Positions 27,262-37,558 of a stretch of 64,000 nucleotides of DNA are shown piece by piece. Position 1 is the stretch's first letter; every line of letters begins with the position of its first letter. The DNA is from an uncultured Actinomycetota bacterium (GTDB lineage: Bacteria; Actinomycetota; Thermoleophilia; RBG-16-64-13): positions 49,949 through 113,948 of the forward strand of contig CAWDOM010000011.1 of the NCBI GenBank assembly GCA_963803925.1, written 5' to 3'. The notes below the pieces were generated by a model, which worked only from the letters and a program-made list of their open reading frames with translations, searched no databases and was not told where the DNA came from. Made by a program: the position numbers and the translations under genes.

Positions 27262-28782
27262 ATGATCGAGTACTTCGACACGCGAGCGTACCTGGCTGAG
27301 TCCCTACCCTTCAGGGACGTCATTCTTCAAGGCATGGCCCCCGGTGGCGGTCTGTTCGTGCCCGCGCGGGCGCCGCAACTCGACCTTGCCGGCATCCTCG
27401 CCCTGGGCGGTCTGCCGTACTGGCAGCGGGCGGCTGTCGTGTACTCGCGCTTCGAACTGGGGTTGCCCGAGGACGAGATCGCCGAGATCGCCCGCACCGC
27501 CTACGGCGCCAACTTCGATCATCCCGATGTCGCCGCGCTGCGCGACATCGGCGGCAACCGCCACTTCCTCGAACTGTGGCATGGGCCCACGCTCGCCTTC
27601 AAAGACATGGCGTTGCAGTGCATGCCTCTGTTCTTCTCGGAGGCATTGGAGTACGCGGCCGCGCAGGGCCGGCCTGAAAGCGACCGCCTCATCTTGGTCG
27701 CTACCTCTGGAGACACGGGGGTGGCGGCGCTCAGCGGCTACGCCGACGTGCCTCACGTGAAGATAGCCGTGTGCTACCCCAGCGGCGGGGTGTCGCCGGT
27801 GCAGCAACGTCAGATGACCACCATGCCCGGTGGCAACCTCACCGTCTTCGAGGTCGAGGGCGACTTCGACGCCTGCCAGCGGTCGGTCAAGGCCGTCTTC
27901 GCCGACCAGGCCTTCGCCCAGGAGTTGTTCGATGGCCACGGTCTTCGCCTCTCGTCGGCCAACTCCATCAACTGGGGCCGCCTGCTGCCGCAGATCGTCT
28001 ACTACCTCAGCGGCTACGCCGATCTGGTCGCGCGGGGTTTCTGCGCGCCGGGAGCCCCGATCGACATCTGCGTGCCCAGCGGCAACTTCGGCAACATCCT
28101 CGCGGCCTACTACGCCAAAGCCATGGGCTTACCGGTGGGCCGGCTCATCTGCGCGTCCAACGCCAACCATGTGTTGCCCGACTTCTTCTCCACCGGCGCC
28201 TACGACATCTCGTCGCGCTCGTTGGTGAAGACGGCATCGCCGTCGATGGACATCCTGGTGTCGTCGAACCTCGAGCGGCTGCTCTTTGAGCTTCGTCGCG
28301 ACGGGCGGTGGGTGGCCGGACTCATGCGGCAGCTGAGTTCCACCGGGGTGTTCCGCCTGGACCGCGATGCCTTGGATCTGGTGGCGCGCGATTTCGTCGC
28401 CGACTGGGTCGATACCGAGACATGCCTGAGGACCATCGGCCTAGTCTTCGACCAGACCGGCTACCTGCTCGACCCGCATACGGCCGTGGGATGGGAGGTG
28501 GCCCGCAGGATGGGGGGCGACAATCCGACCCTGATCATCTCCACCGCGCACTGGAGCAAGTTCCCGGCCGACGTGCTGCGTGGCCTGAAGGGTCTTCGGC
28601 CCGACGAGGTGGTCGAAGAGGACGAGTTCGAGTTGGTTTCGACTATCGAGAAGCTTGCGCCGGGCAATCCCGCGCCTGACATGGTGCGCGAGATGGCGGG
28701 GCGCGAGGTGCGCTTCGACAATCGCGTGGCGGCGGGCACGGAGTCGCTGGAGAGGGCTCTCACAAACTGGCTCTCGGAGTAG
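27262..28782 (+). CDS. thrC: Threonine synthase (long form)
   Basis: GMAPGGGLFVP...FLELWHGPTLAFKDMALQ...VATSGDTGVAA...SANSINWGRLLPQIVYY. Confidence 0.85.
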   Translation: MIEYFDTRAYLAESLPFRDVILQGMAPGGGLFVPARAPQLDLAGILALGGLPYWQRAAVVYSRFELGLPEDEIAEIARTAYGANFDHPDVAALRDIGGNRHFLELWHGPTLAFKDMALQCMPLFFSEALEYAAAQGRPESDRLILVATSGDTGVAALSGYADVPHVKIAVCYPSGGVSPVQQRQMTTMPGGNLTVFEVEGDFDACQRSVKAVFADQAFAQELFDGHGLRLSSANSINWGRLLPQIVYYLSGYADLVARGFCAPGAPIDICVPSGNFGNILAAYYAKAMGLPVGRLICASNANHVLPDFFSTGAYDISSRSLVKTASPSMDILVSSNLERLLFELRRDGRWVAGLMRQLSSTGVFRLDRDALDLVARDFVADWVDTETCLRTIGLVFDQTGYLLDPHTAVGWEVARRMGGDNPTLIISTAHWSKFPADVLRGLKGLRPDEVVEEDEFELVSTIEKLAPGNPAPDMVREMAGREVRFDNRVAAGTESLERALTNWLSE

Positions 28783-28884
28783 GGGCGCGATCGCGGGGCC
28801 GTGCCGCCGCCACCCGCCGGCGCGCGACCGCCACACCCGCCGCGACCGCCTCGACCTGCGCGTCGACGCTGCCGCTCGTGTCGG

Positions 28885-30552
28885 TCAGAAGTCGCGATAC
28901 TCCTTGTAGAGTCCTGTGGCCCCCTTGGGCGACGCGCCCTGTTTCTCGGTCTCCTGGAGCCGCCCCTCACCGTCGTAGCAGCGCACGGCGAAATAGTGCC
29001 TGGCGGCGCTGAACGGCCAGTCGAAGCGCCAGACGACCCAGGTCATCGGCGAGAGGGGCTCCCGCAGCGTGGCAGATTGCCACGGCTGCTCGTCCACCTG
29101 GATCTCCACCCTTGATATGCCCCGGGCGCCGGAGAAGGCTATGCCGCCGATAGGCACGTAGGTCGTCCCGTCGCGGGTGACGAGCGACTTGGTCGCCACA
29201 GTGTCGATGACGGTCGTCGCGCGTACCTCAGCCGTCTCGTCCCAGCCGCGCGAGACCCAGTAGCCCGGCACCGAGTCGGAGAGCAGGCTGACCCGCGTGA
29301 TCCACTTCGGCTGCTTCATGCCATACCGGCCGGGAATATGGATGCGGAGCGGAAAGCCGTGCTTGAAGGGGAGCGGTCTGCCGTCCCAGGCATACGTAAG
29401 CAAGACGCGGGGGTCGTCGCGAACGAGATCGAGTTCGATCTCCTCATCGAAGCCGTCGTCGGAATAGATGTGGGCGAAGCGGGCGTCGACCAGGGGCTCG
29501 GCTTCAGCGAGCACGTCGCGCAGGGGAGTCCCGGTCCACAGCGTGGTAGCGATGAGGGGCCCCCCGATCACGTTGTCGATGCACGACAACGTGATGAAAT
29601 GGCTGTCCCTGGGGAAGTCGTCTCGAAGCTGGTCCAATGTCAGCGCGAGCGGCTTCTCTACGGCTCCGTCGACGATCAAGCGCCACTCACTCTCGACGAT
29701 CTCGGGTACGTCAAGGTTGATGTCGACACGGAAGTGATCGTCCACCGGGGTATATTCCGGACGGGTGCCGGGGGCCGGTTCGACCGGGGAGTCGTCGTTC
29801 GGGAACGATGTCTGTCCGACCGGGGAGTCGCCGATGTCGGGAGCCTCGGCGCGGAGTACCTGACCGACGCCCGCTCCGGCCACGACGATCGTGGCGGCAA
29901 GCCCGCCCATCTCGATCAGAAAGCGCCTGCGGCTGATGGCCCGCGCTTCGGCTTCGACCAGGTCCGCGCGCGCCTCGGCACGTGCGTCATCGCTCGCCGG
30001 AGCCACGGCCCCGGCGCTCTGTGTGGCGGCCCGCGCGCGACCGGGCAAGGCTACCCGATGGAGCCGGCTCACGCCCCATCCCCAAGCCATCCACAGCACC
30101 AGCGCCAAGACCGCATAGCCGGCCTTACCTGCCGCACTCGCCGGAACATCCCGGAACAAGGCCGCCATGGTGCTGAAGGCGCCGAGGCCGGCCCCGAGCG
30201 TCAGCCCGTAGGCGGTGATCCGCCGGCGTGACGTCGGCCGCGCGAGTGCGAAGAAGAGTAGGGCGACGATCGATGTCGCGATGAAGAACGAGGCGACGGC
30301 CAGCACCTGCTCGGCGGTCTTGCTTGTCTCCGCGACGTCGAATCCCAGGCCGGTCAGTACTGAGAGCGTGGTATCGAGGCCGAAGACCACGACGCGTCCG
30401 GGCAGCGCTCTGATCAGCCACTCGAACACGGCGTAGGGTACGAAGGGGAGCCCGGCGAGCCAGCCGATGCCGAACGCCCCAAGGAGCGGCGCGGTGAGCA
30501 GGGCTCCGGCGGCGAGGCCTGTGACGCCACGTTTCAATCCGGGAAGTATCAT
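28885..30552 (-). CDS. Sulfite-oxidase-family molybdopterin oxidoreductase with an N-terminal polytopic membrane domain
   Basis: About 190 aa of hydrophobic N-terminus, an internal SRRRFL segment, then a SUOX-like catalytic domain (HFITLSCIDNVIGG...GFPLRIHIPGRYGMKQPKWI) and a dimerisation-like domain. Confidence 0.75.
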   Translation of the reverse strand: MILPGLKRGVTGLAAGALLTAPLLGAFGIGWLAGLPFVPYAVFEWLIRALPGRVVVFGLDTTLSVLTGLGFDVAETSKTAEQVLAVASFFIATSIVALLFFALARPTSRRRITAYGLTLGAGLGAFSTMAALFRDVPASAAGKAGYAVLALVLWMAWGWGVSRLHRVALPGRARAATQSAGAVAPASDDARAEARADLVEAEARAISRRRFLIEMGGLAATIVVAGAGVGQVLRAEAPDIGDSPVGQTSFPNDDSPVEPAPGTRPEYTPVDDHFRVDINLDVPEIVESEWRLIVDGAVEKPLALTLDQLRDDFPRDSHFITLSCIDNVIGGPLIATTLWTGTPLRDVLAEAEPLVDARFAHIYSDDGFDEEIELDLVRDDPRVLLTYAWDGRPLPFKHGFPLRIHIPGRYGMKQPKWITRVSLLSDSVPGYWVSRGWDETAEVRATTVIDTVATKSLVTRDGTTYVPIGGIAFSGARGISRVEIQVDEQPWQSATLREPLSPMTWVVWRFDWPFSAARHYFAVRCYDGEGRLQETEKQGASPKGATGLYKEYRDF

Positions 30553-30629
30553 TCGGTGAAGGTTACAGCATCATGGCAGAAAGCGCTGCAAAAGGAGAGA
30601 TGTTTCTCCGCCGGCCCGGGCCTGGGGCG

Positions 30630-31064
30630 TCAGAAGGCGCCGATCTGGCAGTTCTTGACCTTGAGGCCCATCGCTTCACAGGCGGCCGACACGCCCATCT
30701 TCTGAGTATCAAGGTCGCGGGCGATCTTCCAGCACGCGGCGCAGGTGATGCGGCCCTCGACGACGCTCTCTTCGATCCGCCGGCGTAGCTCGTCGGAGAC
30801 CTCCGCGGCTGGTCTGACGGTCCTCTTCTCGGGCGAGTACCCGAAGAGACCCATCTGGCACTCGATCACGCGGAATTCCAGCAGATCAGCGGTCGTGCCG
30901 ACCTCGGCAGGCGAGGCGCCCAACTCGTGAGCCACTTCGTGGGCGGCCGTGCAGGTAACCCGTCCGTCGTCCGCGATCTGTTTCAGCGCGGCGGCGACAC
31001 TGGGATCGGGCGGCGTGCCCGCGGGGTGTTTCGCGGCGTAGTGTCCGGCGTATTCATGGGGCAT
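30630..31064 (-). CDS. Hypothetical protein built from two tandem ~60-aa Cys-containing repeats
   Basis: GGAGG RBS before the ATG at 31064. Repeat 1 is GRVTCTAAHEVAHELGASPAEVGTTADLLEFRVIECQMGLFG; repeat 2 is GRITCAACWKIARDLDTQKMGVSAACEAMGLKVKNCQIGAF. Confidence 0.6.
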   Translation of the reverse strand: MPHEYAGHYAAKHPAGTPPDPSVAAALKQIADDGRVTCTAAHEVAHELGASPAEVGTTADLLEFRVIECQMGLFGYSPEKRTVRPAAEVSDELRRRIEESVVEGRITCAACWKIARDLDTQKMGVSAACEAMGLKVKNCQIGAF

Positions 31065-31214
31065 GACGGGCCTCCGGGTCACATGGTCATGGATCTCGGC
31101 AGGGTGCTCTCCAGTCGAACCCGAAGCATATATCATTGCGAGAAGGAAGGCCGGAATGGAGGCAGACACGGCCGCCGCGGCACCGCGCGGGCGCGCCTCA
31201 CAAGGAGGAACCAC

Positions 31215-31625
31215 ATGAACTACGTGGCCATCTGGTTCGCAGCGTTCTTCGGCATCAGCTTCATCGATGCGCTCTGGCACCTCGTGCTGTTCGGCTGGGC
31301 CTACCGCCCCGGTTTCAGGCTCGTCGCGCGCTCCCGCGACGGCAAGATGTCGCTTCAGCCCCTACCGGGACTCCTGTCGCAGATCTTGGTGGTCAGCGCG
31401 CTGGTGGTGCTCACCATCCTCAGCGTCAGGGCCGGACAGGGCTACCCCGTCAACTTCCTGGTCGGCGCTTTGGGAGGCGTACTCGCTATCAGCGTCTACG
31501 GACTCGTGAACCAGGCTCTCATCAAAGACTGGACTTGGAGACTGACCATGCTCGAGGTCGTCTGGGGGCCGATCATCGGCGGGGTCGGGTCGCTCTTCAT
31601 CGCCTGGATGTACCGAGTCATCTGA
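31215..31625 (+). CDS. Small integral membrane protein (possibly DUF2177-like)
   Basis: AAGGAGGAA RBS before the ATG at 31215. 136 aa with four hydrophobic helices (MNYVAIWFAAFFGISFIDALWHLVLFGW...). Confidence 0.6.
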   Translation: MNYVAIWFAAFFGISFIDALWHLVLFGWAYRPGFRLVARSRDGKMSLQPLPGLLSQILVVSALVVLTILSVRAGQGYPVNFLVGALGGVLAISVYGLVNQALIKDWTWRLTMLEVVWGPIIGGVGSLFIAWMYRVI

Positions 31626-32977
31626 GGCTCTGCCACTCGAAAAGGCGCACCGTATCGTCGAGGATGAACGCGACGTGCCGGGCCGCCGTCGAGATGGGGG
31701 CCACGAAGTACGGGTCGAGCGGCGTGGTGCCCAGGACCTGCTCGTGCAGGCCGTCGTAGCCGCGGACCGACCAGGTCGTAGGCGGTCTCGCCGTCGATCT
31801 CCACCGCGCGGAAGTACGCGGCATAGGTGGGGCCTGCCGTGGGGAAGTCGCCGAGAAGGTCGATCTCCCAAGTGCGTTCGCCCGCGAGGTCGGCGCCCAT
31901 GAGACCGTTCTCCCAGTAGACCAAGGTGCTGCCCGACGCTGAGGGCAGCCAGGCCTCCTGGCCGATCTGCCTGGGCATGCCCACCGGGCCGAGAGATACC
32001 ACATAGGTGCCGGCGGAGAACGCGAGGTGTTCGATCGCCTCTTCCCAGGCCACGTACCCGTTGGAGAGACTATAGGTCCAGGCGAGGTCGCCGAACATGT
32101 CGGCCGGCGCCGACGATACCAGTTCGGCGGGCTCGTCGGTGGGTATGCCTCTGTCGTCTATCTCCAGTAGGTAGACGTGCTGGTACCAGTATTCCTCGGG
32201 GCTGAAATCCGAGGGTTCGTGTTCGATCCATGTAAGCCATCGCCCGGCAACCTGTGGGGAGGCCATCGGGCTTTCGCCCGGCTGAACCTGGGCCACCGTC
32301 TTCGGTCCGCGGGGCAGCCGGTAGGCGCAGATGGACGTATCGACGTAGTCGTACGTGTCGGGGTCTTCATCACCCTCCCTCCAGACCACCAGGCGGCCGT
32401 CGAGGTCTGCCTCGGGGGGGATGGCGCCCTCAACGGGCAGGGGGTCGTAGCCGTCGGATCCGAAGGAGTAGGCGTAGAGCGCGTAGCCGGCTCCGGAGTT
32501 GGCCTCTACGATGAGCGCCTCGTCGGACACGCTGACTGAATACGCCCCTTGCGGCGTAGCAGGCACAGTCACCTCCACCCACCGGCCCGAGGAGTCACCC
32601 GGTCTTCCGGCCGGTACGGTCGCCGGCGGAGAGGTTGTCGACGAAGTGGGGAGCGTGGCGGGGCTGCTGGTCGCGGTGGTAGGGGTGGGCACGGTGGTGG
32701 TAGTCGTCTTGACGACTACGGTGGTCGTGTCCGTGGGGCCGCCTCCATCCCTATCGAGCAAGACCAGCGGCAGAGCGACGGCCGCGGCGATGATGATCGC
32801 GGCCGCGGCGCCGGCGCCGATCCAGAGGCCGGTACGGGATCTCCGGGGTGGAGGAGGCGGCGGCGGTGGAGGAGGCGGTGGCGGGGATGACGGGGCGAGA
32901 CCGGCATTCGCGCCGCACTCAGCGCAGAAGAGCGTTCCCTCAGGCATCGGGCTGCCACAGCTCTTGCAGAACATCAT
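31618..32977 (-). CDS. Zinc-ribbon, poly-Pro, single-TM, Thr-rich-linker extracytoplasmic protein, with a frame break near 31775
   Basis: GGGAGG RBS. MMFCKSCGSPMPEGTLFCAECG, a P14 run, a TM helix, and a Thr-rich linker. The C-terminus continues in another frame (SVRGYDGLHEQVLGTTPLDPYFVAPISTAARHVAFILDDTVRLFEWQSLR) to the stop at 31618. Confidence 0.6.
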
Positions 32978-33124
32978 GGGACCTCCCGGCGGCGTGTGGC
33001 CCTGTCTGATCACAGTGTATCGCCGGCGTGCCTATGGGGCGAGCGGCCGCCCGGGCCGTCTTCCCGGGTCTCGCGCGGTGTTAGATTGGGTAAGAACGGA
33101 AGACGCACGTAAGGAGCCAAGCGT

Positions 33125-35230
33125 ATGGGCGAGGACCTCGGCGATCGGGTGGTCAGAACCATCTGCCAGGAGTGTGGCAATTCGTGCGGCATGTCGGTGC
33201 ATGTGGAGAACGGCCGGGCGGTGCGTGTCGAACCGGCGCCTGACTCTCGCGGAGCGTCGGCGAGATTCTGCCCGCGGGCGACGGCCGGTCTCGAGCGCCT
33301 CTATTCTCCCTACCGCCTTCTCTATCCGCTGAAGCGTCTGGGCGCCAAGGGAGAGGGCAGGTGGCAGCGCATCTCCTGGGATGAGGCTCTCGACACAGTG
33401 GCCGCCAGATTCCTGGCAGCCAAGCGCGACCACGGGGCCGAGTCGGTCGCTCTCGCCAAGGGCATCTACTGCAGGCAGGCCGACTGGGTCTCTCGCTTGG
33501 GCAACGCGTTCGGCACGCCCAATGTCACCAGCATCGACAACACGTGCTACGTGCCGAGCGCCGCCGGCAGGCTCATCACCTATGGTTTCGACGGCATGCC
33601 CGATCTGGCGGGGCGCCCCGAGTGCCTGCTGCTATGGGGCAACAGCCCGAACCCGCCGCTGCGACCGGGGGCCAAGCTCATCGTGGTCAATGTCCTCGAA
33701 ACGGCTGCGGCCAAACGGGCCGACGTGTGGCTGCGGCCTCGTCCCGGTAGCGATCTCGCCCTGGCACTCGCTATGCTCAACGTGATAGTCACCGAGCATC
33801 TCTACGACGAAACTTTCGTCGAGAACTGGACCGTCGGCTTCGACAGGCTGGCGGAGCACGTTCGCGACTACACGCCCGAGCTGACGGCCGAGATCACGTG
33901 GGTGCCCGCCGAGCGGGTCTACGAGGCGGCGCGCATGTTCGCCGCCGGCCGGCCTGGATGCCTGTGGAACGGCAACGCGAGCGACGACACCTACAACAGC
34001 ACCCAATGCGCCCGGGCCTTCGCCATACTGCAGGCGATCTGCGGCGATCTCGATGTGCCTGGAGGCACCTGCGAAGCTAGGGGAACCATACTTGGTGAGG
34101 GCACGGGGCGCGACATCCTCCGTCACATGCTGGCGCCCGAGCAGGAGGCGAAGAAGCTTGGAGCCGGCGCGGGCTACTTGCCTCCGACCGCGCTGTGGGA
34201 TTCGATCGTGTGGAAGCCGGTCGAGGTTCGGCCTCAACACGTGCTGACGGCCATTCTCGAGGAGGAGCCGTACCCGGTGAGGGTGCTGGGAGTCTTCGGC
34301 AGCAACCCCCTGCTCACCTGGAGCAACTCGCGGAGAGTCTACGAGGCCCTCAAGCGGGTGGACTTTCTCGTGGTCACCGACCTGGTGAAGACCCCGACTG
34401 CCGCGATGGCCGACATCGTGTTGCCGGCGGCTTCGTACCTGGAGACCGACGCGGTGCTGACCACGGGCCCGGGAGTTCGGGGCTGTCACCTCGAGGCGCA
34501 GCAGAGGGTGGTGCAGATTGGGGAATGCCGCTCCGACCTCGAGATCATTCGGGAGCTTGCCGACAGGCTGGGGCTCGCCGGCCTCTTCGCCCCCGATCTT
34601 GAAGGTCTTCTCGACCGGTACCTGGAGCCGATGGGCATGACTTTCGCCGAACTCCGTCGCTCGCCCGGCGTTGTCTCGTCGTCGGCCCGCTTCCGAAAGT
34701 TCACGGACGGAGGTTTCAACACCCCCTCGGGTAGGGTGGAGATCTATTCGAGTCTCTGCGAGCAATGGGGATACGAACCACTGCCCGTCTACCACGAGCC
34801 CGAAGAGACGCCGCTCAGCGCGCCGGAGTTGCTTGCCGAGTACCCACTGGTGCTGACGAACAGCCACGAAGCGGAGTACGTGCACTCACAAGATCGCTAT
34901 CTCGACGAGATCCGCGCGCTCAAACCCGAGCCACAGGTGATCATCCACCCGGAGACCGCCGCGACCCTCGGCATCGCCGAGAACGATCTGGTGTACATAG
35001 AGAGCAGGCGGGGCCGGATCGCGCAGAGGGCCACACTCGATGCCGGCATCGATCGCCGGGTTGTGAGCGTGGGCCACGGCTGGTGGTTCCCCGAAGAGGG
35101 CGAAGGCACGATGTTCGCGTGGGATAGGGCCAATCTGAACGTACTCACCGACGATGGCCCCCCGTATAGTCCCGAGATGGGCTCGCCGAAGATGCGGGGC
35201 TTTCTTTGCAGGGTATACAAGGCCGGATAG
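33125..35230 (+). CDS. Cytoplasmic molybdopterin (bis-MGD) oxidoreductase with an N-terminal [4Fe-4S] motif. Substrate unknown.
   Basis: CQECGNSCG...FCPR cluster motif, ISWDEALD, a candidate Mo-ligand region NTCYVPSAAG, and a C-terminal beta-barrel domain (VIIHPETAATLGIAENDLVYIESRRGRI). No Tat signal. Confidence 0.8.
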   Translation: MGEDLGDRVVRTICQECGNSCGMSVHVENGRAVRVEPAPDSRGASARFCPRATAGLERLYSPYRLLYPLKRLGAKGEGRWQRISWDEALDTVAARFLAAKRDHGAESVALAKGIYCRQADWVSRLGNAFGTPNVTSIDNTCYVPSAAGRLITYGFDGMPDLAGRPECLLLWGNSPNPPLRPGAKLIVVNVLETAAAKRADVWLRPRPGSDLALALAMLNVIVTEHLYDETFVENWTVGFDRLAEHVRDYTPELTAEITWVPAERVYEAARMFAAGRPGCLWNGNASDDTYNSTQCARAFAILQAICGDLDVPGGTCEARGTILGEGTGRDILRHMLAPEQEAKKLGAGAGYLPPTALWDSIVWKPVEVRPQHVLTAILEEEPYPVRVLGVFGSNPLLTWSNSRRVYEALKRVDFLVVTDLVKTPTAAMADIVLPAASYLETDAVLTTGPGVRGCHLEAQQRVVQIGECRSDLEIIRELADRLGLAGLFAPDLEGLLDRYLEPMGMTFAELRRSPGVVSSSARFRKFTDGGFNTPSGRVEIYSSLCEQWGYEPLPVYHEPEETPLSAPELLAEYPLVLTNSHEAEYVHSQDRYLDEIRALKPEPQVIIHPETAATLGIAENDLVYIESRRGRIAQRATLDAGIDRRVVSVGHGWWFPEEGEGTMFAWDRANLNVLTDDGPPYSPEMGSPKMRGFLCRVYKAG

Positions 35231-35281
35231 CCGGCCTGCCGGGAGCGTAGGTCGTCGGCGTTCTGTCGTCTCGGTAGAGCA

Positions 35282-37468
35282 CTACTGCGGTACCGAAGCG
35301 TCCCCCTCGACGAGTTGCTTGATCTTGCAGAGCGAGTGGTTCCATACGACGTCGTGGGCGAACCTGGGAAAGAACCATCTGACGAGCGCCGAGAACGGCC
35401 GGCGGAGGAGCCCCCGTCCCGGGTTGAAGTCGAAGCCGACGTATGTGGTGAGCAGGTTCAGTCCCGGCTTGATCTCTCCGATGTCGAACGCGAACACGCC
35501 GCCCTGCCCGAACCCGCTGAGAATGCGGTAGAGCAGGTAGCGGCCCTCGACCACCCGCGTTAGGGCCAGATCGAACGACAGACCCAAGGGTACGATGTAG
35601 CGGATGGTGGTGCCCACTTCGTTCGGAGACCCCGCGGTTCTCGTGATCTTGATGAAGCGGGGCTTGAAGTAGGCTCGATCGGCGTCGCCGAACGCGCCCA
35701 GTTCGCGCACTATCGCCTCCCTTCCCGCGCGTATGCGGATGGAGAACAACCGCTCCACCTGCGGAGGCCGTTCTGGGGGGTCGAGGCCGAGCATGGAGAA
35801 GAGCTGCTGCCGCTTGGGTCCGACTTCTTCGGCGGGTACGCCCACCGGATAGCGCCCGACTTCTGACCAGTCGAGCCCGAAGACGAACTCGGTCAGGCGA
35901 TCGAGCAACGTCATGACCAGCCCGCCCACGAGAATCAGCCAGAGCGAGGCGGGATGCAGCATGCCCCGCAGTATGCTGGCGTAGCTGTCGTCGCCGCTGG
36001 CTATGTGCCAGAGCACTATCGAGAGTCGCCGCTTGCGGGGCATCCGGTCCATGCGCTCGCTGAACACAGCTCTGTAGAACACGCGGCTGAGCGCCGGCCG
36101 GCCGAACAGCGAGTGGCTGAGCGCGAAGATTACGCGTCCGTAGCGGTTGTCAGTCTGGAGTCGCTTGACGACCGGCTCGTAGCAGCGGGCCAGGGTCGCC
36201 CGGTCGATGCCCTGGTCGAGCGCGCAGTCGGCCACGGCCGAGGCTGTGACGTAGGCCGAGTAGAGCCCGTCCTTGTACAAGCGGGACACGGCCATGTCGC
36301 CAGTCAGCGCGATCCTCGAAGCAGAGGGGTGCCGGGCGGCTCCGACCGTCATGTTGGGGTGGCAACAGCAGCCGACCTCGACGTTCGCGTTCGGCGGAAG
36401 AAGACGGCGGATGTGGGGGAGTTCAAGGAAGCGGCGGACGATGGGAACGCAACTCGAGCTGGGCGCGTGGTCTACGGTCTTGCCGAGAAGCACTACCGTC
36501 ATCCACGTGTCTTTGGGTATGAGCGAAGCCATTTCGATCCGCAGGTCGGTGGAGCCGTGCTGCGCGAAGTGCACCTCTCCGTTCAACGGGACCATGAGAC
36601 CGTCTTCGGCGAGGATCTCGGCGATGACGGTCCGCCGCACTCTAGGGGGCCGCAGACCGGGCATGAGATCGCGCAGCGTGCTGAAGAGCGGATCGACTGT
36701 CAGGTCGGTGCCGGGCGAACGGTTCACACCCGCGGCTACGACCAAGAAGTCGGCCTCGATGGTCTCCGCGGCGGCCTCGTGACCCAGTATCGGTGTTCGA
36801 TACGTCACCACCGGGCGTCCCTCGTCGGAGTAGCGTACTTCATCGACCTCCGCCGTGATCACCTGGGCTCCCTCCTTGACCGCCGTGGCGAGCAAGAAGG
36901 TATCGAAGTTCTCGTAGCGGTCGGCGCGGCTGCGCGGACGCGAACCGCGGAACACCGAGTACATACGTCTGTCGGGCGGCACCGCCAGCGGGATGCTCTT
37001 CCAGTCGCCGTGGATGACCACCTCGTCGGCCTCGCTCTCGATCACCTCCCGCGGCGGGACGATCGCGTTCTCGACCAGGATGTCGTTCAACCGGGGCGAG
37101 ATGCCGCCCGCGCAGTAGTTGCAGCCCTCCCACGAGGTGAAGGGCGCCGGCGAGTAGAAGCAGATCTCGTTCTTGCGCTCGAGAACGATCACGCGCGGAG
37201 AGCGGCCGAGCGCGCGGGCTCTGCGCAAGAACCGTATGCAGAAGAACGAGCCGGCAGGGCCGCCGCCGACGACAACAACCGTTGCCGCGTCGGGCAGCGT
37301 CAGCCGCTCGGGCTTGGTCCTGCTGGTGAGGCTCGCGATGCGAGCGATGTCCGCCTCCCTGAGCGTCGTCTCGAGGAGCACCTGCCTGGGAGGGTAGCAC
37401 GCCCGCCGGCGCCCACGCGGCGGCGTGCGGAATCCGCGAGAGCGGACTCCCGCCGGCGGTGGTCGCAC
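35282..37468 (-). CDS. FAD-dependent oxidoreductase (geranylgeranyl-reductase-like N-terminal half) with a ~300-aa uncharacterised C-terminal extension. The start codon is uncertain.
   Basis: Dinucleotide-binding motif VVVVGGGPAGSFF. A long continuous 728-aa ORF whose C-terminal half I could not assign to any family. Confidence 0.6.
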   Translation of the reverse strand: MRPPPAGVRSRGFRTPPRGRRRACYPPRQVLLETTLREADIARIASLTSRTKPERLTLPDAATVVVVGGGPAGSFFCIRFLRRARALGRSPRVIVLERKNEICFYSPAPFTSWEGCNYCAGGISPRLNDILVENAIVPPREVIESEADEVVIHGDWKSIPLAVPPDRRMYSVFRGSRPRSRADRYENFDTFLLATAVKEGAQVITAEVDEVRYSDEGRPVVTYRTPILGHEAAAETIEADFLVVAAGVNRSPGTDLTVDPLFSTLRDLMPGLRPPRVRRTVIAEILAEDGLMVPLNGEVHFAQHGSTDLRIEMASLIPKDTWMTVVLLGKTVDHAPSSSCVPIVRRFLELPHIRRLLPPNANVEVGCCCHPNMTVGAARHPSASRIALTGDMAVSRLYKDGLYSAYVTASAVADCALDQGIDRATLARCYEPVVKRLQTDNRYGRVIFALSHSLFGRPALSRVFYRAVFSERMDRMPRKRRLSIVLWHIASGDDSYASILRGMLHPASLWLILVGGLVMTLLDRLTEFVFGLDWSEVGRYPVGVPAEEVGPKRQQLFSMLGLDPPERPPQVERLFSIRIRAGREAIVRELGAFGDADRAYFKPRFIKITRTAGSPNEVGTTIRYIVPLGLSFDLALTRVVEGRYLLYRILSGFGQGGVFAFDIGEIKPGLNLLTTYVGFDFNPGRGLLRRPFSALVRWFFPRFAHDVVWNHSLCKIKQLVEGDASVPQ

Positions 37469-37558
37469 GTAAGCGAGAAGCCCGGGTACTCCCGGGCTTC
37501 TCGCGCAACAAGACCATGTGGGCGGCCGGCTTCGCGGGCCGCCCCGTGAGAGGGTCTC

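Noticed and set aside
32847-32890. GGN-rich tandem DNA repeat (ggtggaggaggcgg x2)
   Set aside because: It simply encodes the P14 run of the zinc-ribbon membrane protein on the opposite strand. This is low-complexity coding sequence, not an independent repeat element.
35954-37549. 531-aa plus-strand ORF (and similar long ORFs at 33632..34885 and 14282..15286)
   Set aside because: All lie antisense to, or out of frame within, genes with clear homology. Their translations are Arg/Gly/Ala/Pro-rich with no motifs.
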